From Octopus bimaculoides (lineage: Eukaryota): a DNA stretch of 36,768 nucleotides. The notes below the pieces were generated by a model that searched no databases, was not told where the DNA came from, and saw nothing but the letters and a program-made list of their open reading frames with translations. Positions 12,991 to 25,588 of this stretch are shown here, piece after piece; position 1 is the first letter of the stretch; each line of letters starts with the position of its first letter. Both the position numbers and the translations under genes were made by a program. The stretch is taken from the NCBI RefSeq assembly GCF_001194135.2, contig NC_068992.1:14173452-14210219 (forward strand), in the 5' to 3' direction.

Positions 12991-13090
12991 ACAGAGAAAT
13001 GTCTGTATATAATGTAGGCAGGGTAAAATCCAAGCTCTGTGTGCGTATACGTATGCGTGTGTGTGCATGTGTGCGTGTGTGTGTGTGTGT

Positions 13091-13188
13091 TATTTCTTTA
13101 CTACCCACAAGGGGCTACACACAGAGGGGACAAACAAGGACAGACAAACGGATTAAGTCGATTATACCGACCCCAGTGCGTAACTGGT
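13091..13188 (-). mobile_element. SINE family A variant, 3' portion
   Basis: The minus strand reads ACCAGTTACGCACTGGGGTCGGTATAATCGACTTAATCCGTTTGTCTGTCCTTGTTTGTCCCCTCT...GTAGTAAAGAAATA. It shares the ACCAGTT..GCACTGGGGTC..T.TAATCGAC body with family A but has a different tail. Confidence 0.75.
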
Positions 13189-14206
13189 GTGTGTATGTGT
13201 GTGTGTGTGTGTGTGTGTACAGAGATATGCGTGTATGTATGTACGTTCGTATACGAGTTATCTAACATATTTATTCAAATGCAGACGACAGAATAAAGAA
13301 CGGACGAGATAGGCTTCCATTTCTAGCATCTCTCACAACCAAATTGAAGGGTTCTCGCTAACTTGCTCATGTATCATAGCCTAACAGCTCTCTGCACACC
13401 ATAACTAATTCTTAGATTGATGGCTATACTTAAGGAATCGCTTTAATTCTTCCAATATGTTGTACGATCCATCTTTGTGATGGATTGTCCCTGGCATTCC
13501 ATAAAAACATTTTCTAGAAAATTCAAAACTGTTTCATATCAAAGTTTACTCCTACCATTATGAAGGAAACTTTGGCAGAGGTAAAAAAAAGAATTTACTA
13601 CTATTCTACTGCAGAATTTCTTCGTATGGTGTCTGTTTTACTGCGATGGTTCTTAGGTAAGGGGTGGAGTCTGGTGCTGGGGATTATGGCATTGGTCTGA
13701 ATGGCTGTTGGTTGATAGTGGTGGTCATGCAGCTGGGTTGATGATGCCGGCGATGATGACGATCTTACTGCCGCTGCTGGGACCTGGTGATGGTTGGGGG
13801 GGTGTTGGNNNNNNNNNNNNNNNNNNNNNNNNNNNNNNNNNNNNNNNNNNNNNNNNNNNNNNNNNNNNNNNNNNNNNNNNNNNNNNNNNNNNNNNNNNNN
13901 NNNNNNNNNNNNNNNNNNNNNNNNNNNNNNNNNNNNNNNNNNNNNNNNNNNNNNNNNNNNNNNNNNNNNNNNNNNNNNNNNNNNNNNNNNNNNNNNNNNN
14001 NNNNNNNNNNNNNNNNNNNNNNNNNNNNNNNNNNNNNNNNNNNNNNNNNNNNNNNNNNNNNNNNNNNNNNNNNNNNNNNNNNNNNNNNNNNNNNNNNNNN
14101 NNNNNNNNNNNNNNNNNNNNNNNNNNNNNNNNNNNNNNNNNNNNNNNNNNNNNNNNNNNNNNNNNNNNNNNNNNNNNNNNNNNNNNNNNNNNNNNNNNNN
14201 NNNNNN

Positions 14207-14277
14207 GGTGGCAGTGGTGGTGGTGGTGGTGGTGGCCGTGGTGGTGGTGGTGGTGGTGGTGGTAGTGGTGGTGGTTA
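14207..14277. repeat. (GGT)n microsatellite beside a gap
   Basis: Read directly; source of the Gly/Val/Trp ORFs. Confidence 0.9.
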
Positions 14278-14344
14278 TGATTGCGAAAACACAGTTGATG
14301 GAGTAACGCTATATAAAATCAGAGAAGGTTGAATAATTAAGAAG

Positions 14345-14470
14345 TTCACATCGAAGCCATGATCTTCCGGTATTGGTCCTACAATACGGCAACTGGGATA
14401 AGTCCGTTTAGCAAACCCTGGAGCAGCCCCAAGCCATCTGAATGAAATTGAGTAGACGGAAACTGTGTGG
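14345..14470 (+). mobile_element. Degraded SINE family B, 5' half
   Basis: ...GAAATTGAGTAGACGGAAACTG resembles GGATTTG.TAGA.GGAAACTG in the copies at 18030-18060 (minus) and 36660-36685. Confidence 0.4.
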
Positions 14471-14744
14471 CTTGAATGGGTAATCTAAACCTTTAGCATT
14501 TAAACCCATCACATCTGGCCCAGTTCTTCTACCCTTTTTTATGTTCGAACCGGCCAGATTCAGCCCCTCACATCTACCCTGCATCTACCCTATATTACTA
14601 GAAATAGGAGCTAAGATGCTCCCGTATATGTGTGTGTGTGTGTGTGTGCGCGCGCGTGCACGCATTTGTGTGTGTATACAGCTTTGTAGGAACATTCTTG
14701 CATGTTTGCGAGAGATTAGTTCTATTACTTTATATAGTACATAA

Positions 14745-14781
<37 letters not shown>

Positions 14782-15607
14782 NNNNNNNNNNNNNNNNNNN
14801 NNNNNNNNNNNNNNNNNNNNNNNNNNNNNNNNNNNNNNNNNNNNNNNNNNNNNNNNNNNNNNNNNNNNNNNNNNNNNNNNNNNNNNNNNNNNNNNNNNNN
14901 NNNNNNNNNNNNNNNNNNNNNNNNNNNNNNNNNNNNNNNNNNNNNNNNNNNNNNNNNNNNNNNNNNNNNNNNNNNNNNNNNNNNNNNNNNNNNNNNNNNN
15001 NNNNNNNNNNNNNNNNNNNNNNNNNNNNNNNNNNNNNNNNNNNNNNNNNNNNNNNNNNNNNNNNNNNNNNNNNNNNNNNNNNNNNNNNNNNNNNNNNNNN
15101 NNNNNNNNNNNNNNNNNNNNNNNNNNNNNNNNNNNNNNNNNNNNNNNNNNNNNNNNNNNNNNNNNNNNNNNNNNNNNNNNNNNNNNNNNNNNNNNNNNNN
15201 NNNNNNNNNNNNNNNNNNNNNNNNNNNNNNNNNNNNNNNNNNNNNNNNNNNNNNNNNNNNNNNNNNNNNNNNNNNNNNNNNNNNNNNNNNNNNNNNNNNN
15301 NNNNNNNNNNNNNNNNNNNNNNNNNNNNNNNNNNNNNNNNNNNNNNNNNNNNNNNNNNNNNNNNNNNNNNNNNNNNNNNNNNNNNNNNNNNNNNNNNNNN
15401 NNNNNCATACTGCCCCAGCTACGACTCGAAGAGGTAACGCACTCGATAGATTTTTGAGGTGCAATTCAATCTTGTATTCGTATGGAAAATTCCGCTAACA
15501 GAGAGCAGCTAGCAGTTTCATTCCGTGCATATCTGTATATAAGTGTGTACGTATGTATGTATTTATGTGCGTCTGTATATGTGGTTTCATAATAAATATA
15601 TATGTAC

Positions 15608-15685
<78 letters not shown>

Positions 15686-16302
15686 TGCATGTAATTCTTA
15701 CATCTATAATAGTTAAATATGAGTATTATACATACATTAATAAATATATATTACATATTTGTATGTGTGTGCGCGTGTGGGTATGTGGTTGCGCATATAC
15801 AATAGAATCACATATATTTACTGAAAACAAAGAATTAGGAACTGCTACGTCAGTACAAGTGAGGTTATATTTATACTTCAAGTATTTTGCTCTTGTGTTC
15901 TCGATCTGACAATGGCTATTATTTATACAAAGAAAGTACACTAAAACAATACTTGTGCATGTCTTTATGTGTGTTTGTGTATGTGTGTATGTCTGTGTGT
16001 TGGAGTACGTCCGTGTAAGTTGCGCTTAGTTTCAATGTTAATAATTATCTGTTTTCTTTCAATAAGCTAATTACATTTGAAATGTTTATGAAAGCCTTTC
16101 AAACACACCGACACGTACGCAAAGGAACACACACATTCACATATACACGCGCACACACACACACACACGCATACATATACACATGCTCATAGATACACAA
16201 GCAAATGCACATGTATTTGAATATAAAGATGTGCCTATACATGCGTTTATCTACATGTGTGTACGCATACATGTGTGAATATCCATGCATGTGTGTATAT
16301 GC

Positions 16303-16345
<43 letters not shown>

Positions 16346-17585
16346 CATATACATATATNNNNNNNNNNNNNNNNNNNNNNNNNNNNNNNNNNNNNNNNNN
16401 NNNNNNNNNNNNNNNNNNNNNNNNNNNNNNNNNNNNNNNNNNNNNNNNNNNNNNNNNNNNNNNNNNNNNNNNNNNNNNNNNNNNNNNNNNNNNNNNNNNN
16501 NNNNNNNNNNNNNNNNNNNNNNNNNNNNNNNNNNNNNNNNNNNNNNNNATATACAGACATATATATATATTTGCATATGTATGTTTATGTATATATTAAT
16601 ATATATATATGTATATATGTATCAATGTGAATGCGTGTATATATAAACACACAGACACATACACACACACACATACACACACATACACACACACGCACAC
16701 ACACACACACACACACACAAAATGCACACATATACGCAAACAAACACTGACAGCATTTCAAAAACTTCTAAATTTCATATAACATTTCTAGAGCTGTGGA
16801 GATTTCTCCTGGAGATATACGTGACAAATTGCTGTTCTCTATTTTAGCAACTAAAATTAAAACTCTACTAAAACAACAACAATAAAGACTATAAAAATTC
16901 ATTTATTTGTTTATTATTTGTTTCTTTTCAGTTGTTTTTGTTTGTGTTTGCTTTGCGAGCAGATTATATTTGTTATATCTGATCATCATCATCATCATCA
17001 TCATCATTATTATTATTATTATTATTATTATTTAATTTTTCAATATTAGCAAGTAATACACAATCGTGACACGAAAAATGAAATATAGTTTCGAAAGAGA
17101 ATAATAATTAATAATGAGCTTTTGTTGGTTGTTTGAAAAGAATAGGTGGGTGGTAGAGAGTGAGAGGGTGAGAAGAGAAAGTGGCGTTGAAGATAAAGGT
17201 GAGGGGAACCTATAACAATTAAAACAAAAGTATCTGAACATAAAATCAAATGCTAAAAGTATTGCTCTTAATTTTCTTTTAAAAGCGTATAGAAAATTTC
17301 CCAACAGACCGTTATGAAAATTAAACTGTAGATTACGAATTTACTAAAACGCTCTTATACACTAACAGAACTGTTTTCGAAAGTCAAATGTGAGATTGTT
17401 GATTCTCTCAAAGCAGTCATCCCTGATCAATTACTTTGTATTACCCCCATATGTTTGATGATACTGTTCCGACTCCAAATCGTGTTACTGTTCCTGTTGT
17501 TGTTCCTGTTGTCACCGTCGTTATTAATTATCTTTATATCTCACGAACTCTTCTGCAGTACTTGTTGCAGTTGTTGCTTTCTTAA

Positions 17586-17627
17586 TAGATGGATGAATGG
17601 ATGGATGGATGGATGGATGGATGGATG

Positions 17628-17664
<37 letters not shown>

Positions 17665-17685
17665 CTAGCTAGCTAGCTAGCTAGC

Positions 17686-17746
<61 letters not shown>
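17586..17746. repeat. Compound (GGAT)n(AGAT)n(AGCT)n(AGAT)n repeat abutting a SINE tail
   Basis: Read directly. Confidence 0.95.
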
Positions 17747-17747
<1 letters not shown>

Positions 17748-18190
17748 CTCTTTTACTCTTTTACTTGTTTCAGTCATTTGACTGCAGCCATGCTGGAGCA
17801 CCGCCTTTAGTCGAGCAAATCGACCCCAGGACTTATTCTTTGGAAGCCTAGTACTTATTCTATCGGTCTCTTTTGCCGAACAGCTAAGTTACGGAGACAT
17901 AAACACACCACCATCAGTTGTCATGTGACGTTGGGGGAGACAAACACAGACACACACACATACATATATATGTATATATATATATATATATATATNNNNN
18001 NNNNNGACACACACACATACATATATATGACGGGCTTTTTTCAGTTTCCGTCTAACATCCACTCACAAGGCTTTGGTCGGCCTGAGGCTATAGTAGAAGA
18101 CACTTGCCCAAGGTGCTACGCAGTGGGACTGAACCCAGAACCATGTGGTTGGTAAGCAAGCTACTTACCGCACAGCCACTCCTGCGCCTA
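17747..18190 (-). mobile_element. Full-length tRNA-derived SINE, family B (octopus-type), with internal CA/TA microsatellite
   Basis: Minus-strand head AGGCGCAGGAGTGGCTGTGCGGTAAG (A box), GGGTTCAGTCCC (B box), then ...GGAAACTGAAAAAAGCCCGTC, an SSR spacer, a 3' half ...CGACTAAAGGCGGTGCTCCAGCATGGCTGCAGTCAAATGACTGAAAC and a (AGTAAAAG)n tail. Confidence 0.9.
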
Positions 18191-18850
18191 CACATGAGGT
18201 TGCATCTTGGGATTGCAAGTGCGTCACTGTCTCTCTTGTAATCCCAGGATGCAATCTCATGTGTAGGCTATGTCATATTTCTGTGGAAGACATTACGCAT
18301 CTGATTAGCAGCTGTCCTAAAATGTCGTCACGGTACTTCCTCCCTATGCGGCACGATGTTGTTGCTAAAACAAATTACAATGTCATCCACAAAAAAGACT
18401 GTCCTGAAATAAACTTAGAAAATCCCTTTGTTATGAAATACATTTATAAACACCAACTCAAGGAATACCAGTGGAATAATCCCATCAAAACTCCTGTCAA
18501 ATGTAAGCACAACAGGCAGGATATTGTTGTTTGGGACAGAAGGGCAAAGGTATGTACCATCATAGAGGTTAACCACCCTGCAGATATAAATATCTCTTTG
18601 AAAATCAAAGTAAAAGAGTATATCTATGGACAACTGCTTCGAAACCTCCAGCTTCTATCCAGACTATGAATTCATATTCATACCAATAATATTTGGAGCA
18701 CTAGGTTTCCTTAGTAAATGCTTAAAGGAAAATCTGGATAAACTGGGATTTTCAGAAAGAGAAATTAACCGGCTGATTCGTACATTAAAATTGCAATCTG
18801 TGAGTGGAACAGTAAAAAAATGTAAGACTTTTCTCAAGTTTCAAATGTGA
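18186..18850 (+). mobile_element. 5'-truncated RLE-type non-LTR retrotransposon (R4/Dong/NeSL-like): CCHC zinc knuckle + PD-(D/E)xK endonuclease
   Basis: ORF 18145-18669 carries CRLC..SVEDITHLISSC...RHDVVA (zinc knuckle and RHD motif) and KHNRQDIVVWD...CTIIEV..PAD (HxRPD..D/ExK endonuclease). A -1 frameshift continues into YPDYEFIFIPIIFGALG...SVSGTVKKCKTFLKFQM*. The 3' UTR ends in (TACA)n at about 18955-18970. Confidence 0.9.
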
Positions 18851-19999
18851 ATTTGTCTGTGTTAACTACATCCGAAAGATGGAGCCTTGTATCTTTTTTG
18901 GAAATTGGCTCCCTCCCCAATGGAAGATTTATAACAATTAAAAAATAGAATAGACATACATACATACATATACCACCTCTGTGAATTAACTGCAGAATTC
19001 ACTACATATTCTACTCATAAATATCCTTCACTGGGTAGAGATGTAGATCTGTCATGAAACTTTCTCGAATATTGGCGTGGCGAAATGAAAGTAAGTCTTC
19101 ATAAATATTCTTCATTTGTTAAAGCTGTAGATTAGGCGAGGAAATTTTGCGGAATAGGACTGGACGGAAAGCGGCAGTAAACATTCTTCTTTCGGGGAAA
19201 GCTATAGATATGATATGAACGATTTTTATGTTGGAGTAGAAGGTTCTAGGGGAAAGAAAGAAAAATATATTGATCTAAGTATTGTCAACAATTATTTTAT
19301 ATCATTAATACGTATGATTAGGAAGAGAGAGTATTATAATACGATTTCTTCATATTGATAATAATGATTTTTTTAACTATAATAATAATGATTTATAAAT
19401 ATATATCTCTTGTTGTTTATCTTCTTACATTTTTATATCTATATTGTGGTAGTTATCCAGAGGGATATACGCACGGCGCCATCTTCTTTATAGCTGCCAT
19501 TGTTATGAATCGCCATATACAACGTCATGAAATTAATTGAATTGTAAAGATTTTTTCTATTTGTTTGCTTACAATTTCGTTATGTTGGTGTTTACTTATA
19601 TACTCACGTATTATTGAGGTCTATGAAGATTTTTTTGTGCTCAATGGAGTTTCATCGTATTGCTAAGAATGTAACGAGATGTATGACACCCGAGTTGTTG
19701 AAAACATACAAACACCCGTTAACATCTGACATTTTCCTTTTTTCCGGAAGGTAAGGGCTGTGCACTTGCTCTTTATATTTTCAGGACTCCTGAGACTGGA
19801 GGAAAGAAGAAAAAGAAGTTGTCCTATAATCTATGAACCAGGGTTGAATGTTTGTAACGAAGACAATCCTCTAACGGCATCCAAATTCTAAGGGGTGATG
19901 TCGAACAGAATTAAATCTAAAATCCAACGACTCAAAACACAAATGCTAGCCAAGAGGCATCTCGTTCAACGATATATCAATTCTGCCAACCCACAGCCC

Positions 20000-20140
20000 T
20001 GGACTGGTACTTTATTTCAATGACTCTGAAAGGATGGAAGGCAAAGTTGACTTCTGTGGGATTTGAACTCAGAATGTAGGAAGCCAGAGGTAATACCTCG
20101 ACATTTTCTCTTATGATCCAACGATTCCGCCAATCGAACC
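20000..20140 (-). mobile_element. SINE family A (degraded)
   Basis: CTGGTACTTTATTT...GAAAGGATGGAAGGCAAAGTTGAC...GGATTTGAACTCAGAA is colinear with 32620-32700; the minus-strand B box is GAGTTCAAATCC. Confidence 0.75.
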
Positions 20141-20160
20141 TTCGTGCTGTTAGCCCCCTC

Positions 20161-20162
20161 TG

Positions 20163-20226
<64 letters not shown>

Positions 20227-20330
20227 TCTCTACCTCTCTCTCTCTCTTTCCCTCTCTCACCCTATTTATGTATCTGCCTATCTTATTTTCTATCTCTTTC
20301 TCTTTCTCTTTAATACTACAATGGCCTATG
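20161..20330. repeat. (CT)n microsatellite and pyrimidine tract
   Basis: Read directly. Confidence 0.9.
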
Positions 20331-20767
20331 CTTCTCTGACCTACCTAGTTCCATACTGTATCTACCCATCGTTGCGCCTGTCAAAGCTCACCCACTACAC
20401 CTATCATTCTTTCTTTCATATACCGCTTTAACTATTTAATCTCAGTCTTTTCTCTTCCCCCCTGCAACCTTCTCTTACTCCCTTCTTTTATTCGAAATAT
20501 TTCATTCAGGCGTCGGCTTAAATATATTTGAATTGAGATTCAGCCATACCCGTCACTTCAGTCTCGGAGTCCCTAAGGATGTCATATGCATAGCCTTTAT
20601 TCATCAATTTCCCTGCTTGACACAGTTGACATCCTTCACTTGAACTACATACTTCACATACCCTTGTATTAAGCAGAAACTACTCAGAAATCACATTCTT
20701 CGGCGCCCAGACTATGGGTAGATTTCTTTAAACCGTCTGGAATAAAATTGCTTCTGTACACACGAAA

Positions 20768-21530
20768 CTACACAGCATAACTTTCTTTATCACAAGCGGT
20801 GTTTTTGCGCCAAAGTTTAATCCATCTGTCGAAGCCACTCTAAGAAAATTTAGCTCTGCACTGCTGTACCTACTGTTCACAGCCACTTTCACTCTACCTG
20901 TTTTCACATCTCTCTAATGAAAGGCAGTCTTCTGTATTTTATTGGAAAGAACAGATGGAAGTCACAAGGTGTTAAATCCAGGCTGTCCAGTACTCAAGGG
21001 ACCACTGACCAGCGCATATATTAAATTGTGTGATTTGATGTTAAATAACGTGTGTGGTCGCAAATTGTTATAGTGAATGTGGATCGTATTCAGATTTTGT
21101 TCGCTTTTTCTCCACTTAAATAGCTTCTATGAGTTATTTGAATTTTCGGTGTATCGATCGCTGTTTACAATACAGTCATATTTCGGGGGAAAAAAAGACA
21201 ATGACACCCTTTTCCTCCCGATAATAGTTACCAAGACTTTCTGAACCTATCGTTGGCTCTTCATAAAGAGGCGTGACACAATCGCAAGAGCCTTCGTTTC
21301 TGGACCATAAGTATGCGTACACGTTTCAACATCTGTCACCAGAATAGAGAAAACATGTCTACATTAGCCTTAAATGCTTCAAGCAGATCAAAGCAGATTT
21401 CCACACCTCCTTCCTTGGAATCGGCAACTGCCATGTTACTCGGTTTGCACACACTTTCCGATTACCTAAACTCTTCCCAAATCTTCAGTAATGCATTGAC
21501 TACAGTCTAGTTGTGCTGCAAAAATAACAT
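20768..21530 (-). mobile_element. Degraded mariner (DD34D) transposase remnant
   Basis: Minus-strand fragments in the correct order: ITEDLG..KVCA, VEICFDLL, ILVTDVETCTHTYGPETK (compare IVTGDETW.HYYDPETK), KVLVTI...VNSDRY, IHYNNLRPHT (compare LHHDNARPH), LDLTPCDFHLFFPIK (compare YSPDLAPSDFHLF), GFDRWIKLWRK..CDKESYAV*. Many stops and frameshifts. Confidence 0.85.
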
Positions 21531-21571
21531 CGTGATGTCCTAAAACATCATAATCCACTAACTATGATCCA

Positions 21572-21693
21572 ATTTGGTTACCGTGTGTCAGGGAACATTT
21601 GAAGAAGTATTGGAATGAGAGTGCTTAGGTAGACGTATACTGTATTTCTGAGCAATGTTAAATATTCATTTTAAGTTACTAAATATTATGTTG
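21572..21693 (+). repeat. 122-bp direct repeat, copy 1
   Basis: 120/122 identical to 23119-23240. Confidence 0.95.
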
Positions 21694-22550
21694 GTCAGTT
21701 GAGGTTTTGTTACTTGCTGAATCGCTTCATATGCCTTAGGTCTTAACACCTTGTCGTTCATAATTTAGACCCATTGATTCGATAATAACAACCACATTTC
21801 TTTGCAGAAATGCCATATTATTATAGTTCAAAGAAATGAGTTTACTAATACTATCGTGTAACTGAATAATGGGTTTTTTACATTCGCTTCTACATTCGTA
21901 TTCCGAGCAATAAACTCTTGTATTTCTCCTTTGGTCTTTGTATTTAAGTGGTGTGTGTGTCTGTGGAAGAAAGAGAGAGGCATAAAACAATTTTTGTTTA
22001 CTTTGTTTTTTGTTAGACATTTTTTTTCGGTAATATATATATATATATAAAAGGTGCGTAGTATCAACGGGCGCAGTCACTAAGTTCAAAGAAAAAAATT
22101 TTTTTTTTTATTTTAAACATCAACACAAATGTAAAAATATTGAAAGTACCAGTAGGTTGTACAACAAAAATTCTTCAAAGAATCACCGTCTTATTGGTGT
22201 ACCGAGTGACCGTAAAACTGAGAGAGATGTTACAGAAATAAAACTATGTGAGAAAAACTACGACATACGAATTACATGCATTACGTTTGAAGTGTGTTGT
22301 TTGAGACTAAAATACGTAAGATTTTGCACCAACATAGAATATTATCTTTATTATATTCCTGTGTTTTATCCGCTGCTATTTTGAAATATCAACACGATCT
22401 TCACAGCGACAATACGTTCGCGATAATACAGTGTGACTTCATCTATAAAAGCTTCGCTGACCCTATTAATGACTATACAGTCTTTTCGAAACTCACTGCT
22501 TTTGTTTTACTTTTTCATGTGAGAGTATATAACGCATACATGTGTATGTG

Positions 22551-22604
<54 letters not shown>

Positions 22605-23084
22605 TGTGTGTGTGTGTCTACAGATATATGCATGCGTGTAGCTATAGTGCGTGTATATGGACAAAAAAGGATTTTCATCGCATATTTTCCTAGATGAATT
22701 GAATATGAGTATATCTCTGTGCCTATAGACGTTTGTGTGTATGAATTCATTCCATGAATGTACAAACAATATGGAATTGATGATAAGAATATTTGTGTTT
22801 CTAAACATATACATGCATATATATATATATGCCAATTTATGCATACATAATTGTCAGTATGTGTGCACATATATGTATGTATATATTACATATGTTTGTC
22901 TATTTACAGATGTATATATAAATGTATGCATAAATATATTTATTTGCATATGTATAAGACAAATATATATATCTATGTATATGTATANNNNNNNNNNNNN
23001 NNNNNNNNNNNNNNNNNNNNNNNNNNNNNNNNNNNNNNNNNNNNNNNNNNNNNNNNNNNNNNNNNNNNNNNNNNNNNNNNNNNN

Positions 23085-23118
<34 letters not shown>

Positions 23119-23240
23119 ATTTGGTTACCGTGTGTCAGGGAACATTTGAAGAAGTATTGGAATGAGAGTGCTTAGGTAGACGTATACCGTATTTCTGAGC
23201 AATGTTAAATATTCATTTTAAGTTACTAGATATTATGTTG
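23119..23240 (+). repeat. 122-bp direct repeat, copy 2
   Basis: 120/122 identical to 21572-21693; starts just after a (TA)n run next to a gap. Confidence 0.95.
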
Positions 23241-23870
23241 TCTGTGCGTTTCGCGATGAAACATTACAGCCATGTGTCTGTGGTTATATATGCGTGCACA
23301 ACATTTGCGTGCTTATATTTCTATGGAAATACATACTTTTTACCATGAAGCAAATAGTAATGAATTTGTGTACTTATATAATATAATAGTAAGTATAAAA
23401 GTGTCAGATGGCATGTGAAAAACATTTCCCTTTCACACTCTCCCTTTGTTCGCTTATGTGTGTGTCTAGATGTGTTCTTATATATGTGTGAGCGTGAATG
23501 TATAAATATATATATATGTATATATATATGTACATATATATATATGTATACATATATACATGAATGTATTCACACGCACACATACACAAACACACACACA
23601 CATATGCATATGCTCATACCTGTGTATGTATCAACAAAAGCGCACGAAGGCCGTATATAATAGATATGTGTATATTCATTTATATATATATATATATATA
23701 TCTGAATGTATCCGTGTATATATATATATGCATATATACAAATATATATATACAAGAAGAGAAAGAGGGAGAGGGAGAGAGAGATATGTATGGATATATA
23801 TACGTAAGTGATATACATACCTGCGTATATATATAATTGATGTATATATATATATCGATAGATAGATCGG

Positions 23871-23910
<40 letters not shown>

Positions 23911-24458
23911 TAGAGAAAGAGGGAGAGAGAGAGAGAGAGAGATAAGAGGGGTATATGAATATGTCCTTCTTTGCCACCTTTTCTGTATCAAATAGCTATT
24001 TAATGAATTACTTGAATGCATTCATCAACTTGAGTAGATAAAATAGATAAATAACGTTTTATTGGTGGCGTTTTGGCGCGAACGGGAATGAATAAAAATA
24101 TCGAAATAAAAAAAAACAGAAAGATACGGAGATACAAAAGTGTAAAACATGGCGCAGAAATCGCAAAAAAGGCAACGCAAGACATACATTTGAGTTTTCG
24201 TATTGACTAACGATATGTAGCAATAATCCCGTCATTTACACATGTGAAACGAAGTAGGTTGCAAAGTTTCATTTCAATGACAGTGAAGGCGTTGTGTTCG
24301 TTGTAGTCGGAATCAATGAAAGTTCACTTACTGCGTTTCATGCATTTCTACTGGGTGTTAAAAAAAAATGTGTTTCCTTCACACTCACACATAAACAGCT
24401 CGCACACACACACACATACACATACACACGCAAACGCAAATATAAACATTACACACAC

Positions 24459-24504
<46 letters not shown>

Positions 24505-25548
24505 GTACATATATATTTACATATATTAATATATATTTATGCTTGTATGTATATACACATATACATATATATATGTAAATTTACATACATTTATATATAT
24601 NNNNNNNNNNNNNNNNNNNNNNNNNNNNNNNNNNNNNNNNNNNNNNNNNNNNNNNNNNNNNNNNNNNNNNNNNNNNNNNNNNNNNNNNNNNNNNNNNNNN
24701 NNNNNNNNNNNNNNNNNNNNNNNNNNNNNNNNNNNNNNNNNNNNNNNNNNNNNNNNNNNNNNNNNNNNNNNNNNNNNNNNNNNNNNNNNNNNNNNNNNNN
24801 NNNNNNNNNNNNNNNNNNNNNNNNNNNNNNNNNNNNNNNNNNNNNNNNNNNNNNNNNNNNNNNNNNNNNNNNNNNNNNNNNNNNNNNNNNNNNNNNNNNN
24901 NNNNNNNNNNNNNNNNNNNNNNNNNNNNNNNNNNNNNNNNNNNNNNNNNNNNNNNNNNNNNNNNNNNNNNNNNNNNNNNNATATATATATATATACATCT
25001 TTCTTGATTGTGATTTATCTGCTTTTTTTTATTCTTATTGCAATATTTGATGATGTACTTTCATTTTATTTTTCGCCTTTGATATGTTCTTTATATTTTT
25101 TTCTGTTTATTATTCTTTCGGTTTCAATGGGTTTTCTTTTATTCCGGATACACAGCCACAGACGCACTCATACACAAATACACATACATGAGCGTGTATG
25201 TATGTGTGAGTGTGTGCGCGCGCGCGTCTGTGTGTGTCATAGCAAGTATATATTGCATGTGACACATAAAAGAACTCTAGTAAAAGCGAAACAATTGCAA
25301 AAATTGAGAACGAGACATTCAGTCATATTTCTCACACGCACATACACACACGCACATACACACACACGCACATACACACACACGCACATACACACACACA
25401 CACACACACACATACACACTCACGCACATAGGTATCCATTTGCGGTTATATTCTTATTTCATATATCATACAGACAATTATAATATAGATACACGCACAC
25501 ACACATCTATATGTATATATCCATTTATATATACATATATATATATAT

Positions 25549-25588
<40 letters not shown>

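Noticed and set aside
13430-13520. Minus-strand FLWNAR...NILEELKRF, faintly like an APE endonuclease N-terminus
   Set aside because: Needs a frameshift and no downstream APE motifs follow; too weak to call.
13708-14332. Gly-rich ORF (GGSGGGGGGG...) resembling a structural or RNA-binding protein
   Set aside because: It derives from a (GGT)n repeat beside a 398-N gap, and all three frames are equally open.
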